A stretch of DNA of 64,000 nucleotides from NCBI GenBank assembly GCA_963754315.1, contig CAVWFS010000001.1, positions 96,001-160,000 on the forward strand, in the 5' to 3' direction. The position numbers and the translations under genes were made by a program. This stretch comes from an uncultured Candidatus Rokubacteria bacterium. Lineage in GTDB: Bacteria; Methylomirabilota; Methylomirabilia; Rokubacteriales; CSP1-6. Positions 62,160 through 64,000 of this stretch are shown in pieces; the first letter of the stretch is position 1; every line of letters begins with the position of its first letter. The notes beneath the pieces were generated by a model, which ran no database searches, was not told where the DNA came from, and worked only from the letters and a program-made list of their open reading frames with translations.

Positions 62160-63608
62160 GTGATCGTCCACATCAACCACCTGCAACCGGGACAGGCCGC
62201 CAAGGCGGGGGAAGTGGTGGCTGCCCTGCTCAGCCTCGTCGAGCAGGGACGAATCGACCTCCGCCTCCTGTCCGACCTGCGAATCCACCTAGACTGGATC
62301 CAGTACCGCTCCAACTTCCGCGAGGCGGTGACCGTCCGCCGTGCCGCCGACCGCACCGGAGAGGCTCTGGCCCTGGCCGAGGTGGCCGTGGATCTGCGCC
62401 GAATCGAGCTGCCGGAGCTGGCCGCGGAGCTGGATCGCGCGTTGCACGTCATGGATCCCGACGCTCTTCCCGAGCGGGAAGGTGTGTGGCTCGACGAGTG
62501 GCGGCCCGTGCGGGAGAGCATCATCTGGCGGTTCAACGATCTGTTTTGGCAGCGGGTGTCGGACTGGGAGGCCGCCACCGGTCGCGGCTTCGAGGCGGCT
62601 CTTCCCAGCGGCCAATCGGATGCGAACCATCCCCAGGCCGTGGCCGATGCCGTGGCGGAGTTCTGGACGCTTCTGCGCGAGCTCGACAAGCGGGGTGTGC
62701 TGCCTGCGGAAATCTTCGCGCTCGAGCTAGGGGTTGGCTCCGGAGCGCGGGCCGGTCTCTGGCTCGACCGCTTTCGGGCACTGGACGAGGAGCGGGCCAC
62801 CGGGTATTACCCGCGCTTGCGCTTTCTGCTGGGCGACTACTCGATGCCGACCCTGGATCGAGCCCTGGCCGCGGTGGCGAACCATCGCGACATCGTCAGC
62901 GTAGTGCCCATGGACGCGCTGAATCCGCTCAAGACCCTCTCGTTCCTGCGCTACAAGATGCTCTACGTCCACCTCACCAACGTGTACGACAACCTCCCGT
63001 ACGACGAGCTGGTTCGCCGCGACGGGCGCTTGTACCTGGTGGAAGCGCGAGCGTGGCTTCCTCCCACGGCGACCCAGCACTTGGCCAGGGCCTTTGACCT
63101 GGGACCTGAGGAGCTAGCGGGCAGTGCCGATCGTCTGCTCGAGCTCGGACCCGCCAGTCTCGGCGATCGGGCCCGGGGTGTCGCCTTCTGGCGCGCGCTC
63201 TGGGAGAGGCTCCGCTTGGAGGAACGGCTGGTGGAACTGGCCGACCTCGCGCAGGCGCCGCTGCCACCGGGTCTCGATCTGCACCACCTCGAGGAGCTTC
63301 TACAGGCAGCCCCCGACGATGTGCGCTTCCATTTGTCGCGGGGCGCGGCCGAGAGCTTCATCAACACGTTACCCCTCCTGCACCCGCGTGGCTACTTGCA
63401 GGTTCAGGATATCTTCGCCACGACCATGCGCGAGTATCGGCGTGGGTTCCGGGGGCCGGGAAAGCTGGATGGCTCGGTGGTGACCTGGGTCAACGGCGCC
63501 TTGCTCCGCGCGGTAGGGGCCCGGGCCGGATACGATGTCCACTTTGCGCCCTTTCACTATCGGCCGGGCTCGCGCACTTCCATTCTCTACACCACTCAGC
63601 GTGAATAG
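62160..63608 (+). CDS. Hypothetical protein with a class I SAM-dependent methyltransferase-like motif
   Basis: LELGVGSG glycine loop, LLGDYS, NVYDNLP and GYLQVQD motifs; long ORF with coding-like composition. Confidence 0.65.
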   Translation: MIVHINHLQPGQAAKAGEVVAALLSLVEQGRIDLRLLSDLRIHLDWIQYRSNFREAVTVRRAADRTGEALALAEVAVDLRRIELPELAAELDRALHVMDPDALPEREGVWLDEWRPVRESIIWRFNDLFWQRVSDWEAATGRGFEAALPSGQSDANHPQAVADAVAEFWTLLRELDKRGVLPAEIFALELGVGSGARAGLWLDRFRALDEERATGYYPRLRFLLGDYSMPTLDRALAAVANHRDIVSVVPMDALNPLKTLSFLRYKMLYVHLTNVYDNLPYDELVRRDGRLYLVEARAWLPPTATQHLARAFDLGPEELAGSADRLLELGPASLGDRARGVAFWRALWERLRLEERLVELADLAQAPLPPGLDLHHLEELLQAAPDDVRFHLSRGAAESFINTLPLLHPRGYLQVQDIFATTMREYRRGFRGPGKLDGSVVTWVNGALLRAVGARAGYDVHFAPFHYRPGSRTSILYTTQRE

Positions 63609-63616
63609 GACGTCCT

Positions 63617-64000
63617 ATGTCAGAGCCTCTCCTCCCCACGGCGGTGGTCGGCAGCTATGCGATGCCGGCCTGGCTCGAGCGGGTGAAGAACGACTATCTC
63701 CTGCGTCGGATCAGCCGGCACGACCTGGACGAGATTCACGACATGGCGGTCAAGGCGGCCATCAAGGACCAGGAGGTGGCGGGAGTCGACGTCGTCTCCG
63801 ACGGGGAGCTGCGCCGCGACAACATGATCGATCACTTCGCCATGCGGCTGCCCGGCGTGCAGACTGATCACACCTCCAAGAAGTTCTACTACGATTTTTA
63901 CGACAGCGTGGTACGCACACGGATGCCGACGGCCGCCCTTGGGATCGTCGACGAGTTCCGATTCCTCCGGCGCTTTACCGCGCGGCGGGCCAAATTCTCG
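63617..64000 (+). CDS. Cobalamin-independent methionine synthase II family protein (MetE C-terminal-like), runs off the window edge
   Basis: Manual translation gives MSEPLLPTAVVGSYAMPAWL...AIKDQEVAGVDVVSDGELRR. Confidence 0.88.
   Translation, partial: MSEPLLPTAVVGSYAMPAWLERVKNDYLLRRISRHDLDEIHDMAVKAAIKDQEVAGVDVVSDGELRRDNMIDHFAMRLPGVQTDHTSKKFYYDFYDSVVRTRMPTAALGIVDEFRFLRRFTARRAKFS

Overview
High-GC, gene-dense bacterial window dominated by catabolic and transport genes. The gene style suggests a Rokubacteria/Methylomirabilota-like organism, but that is inference only. Contents in order: a branched-chain-type ABC transporter preceded by three uncharacterised His-motif envelope genes; a xanthine-dehydrogenase-family (XDH) Mo subunit with an enamidase-like gene; a GH13 glycosidase; a long heteroaromatic/furoate-like catabolic run (CoA ligase, crotonase, LLM oxidoreductase, TAXI-TRAP, UbiD, enolase, CADD-like diiron protein, Rieske ferredoxin, GlcG); a TRAP/amidase unit; a PduO-type adenosyltransferase; a second orphan Mo subunit; a B12 radical SAM gene; an hcrCAB-like/boxCB/benzoate-CoA ligase operon without boxA; an ECF sigma/anti-sigma pair; ttuBA; a sensorless sigma-54 activator; and a methyltransferase-like/MetE-like pair. 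The strongest hidden signal is two adjacent convergent genes that the ORF track breaks at in-frame TGA codons. Both TGAs sit exactly on conserved catalytic Cys positions and each is followed by a SECIS-like hairpin, so both look like selenoproteins: a CopG/DUF411 protein (KSPT-U-DCC) and a VKOR-thioredoxin fusion (W-U-PAC). About ten single-base frameshifts look like long-read errors. Two genes (a GH63-like glucosidase and PhoX) carry large internal deletions. No rRNA, tRNA, CRISPR array or transposase was recognised.
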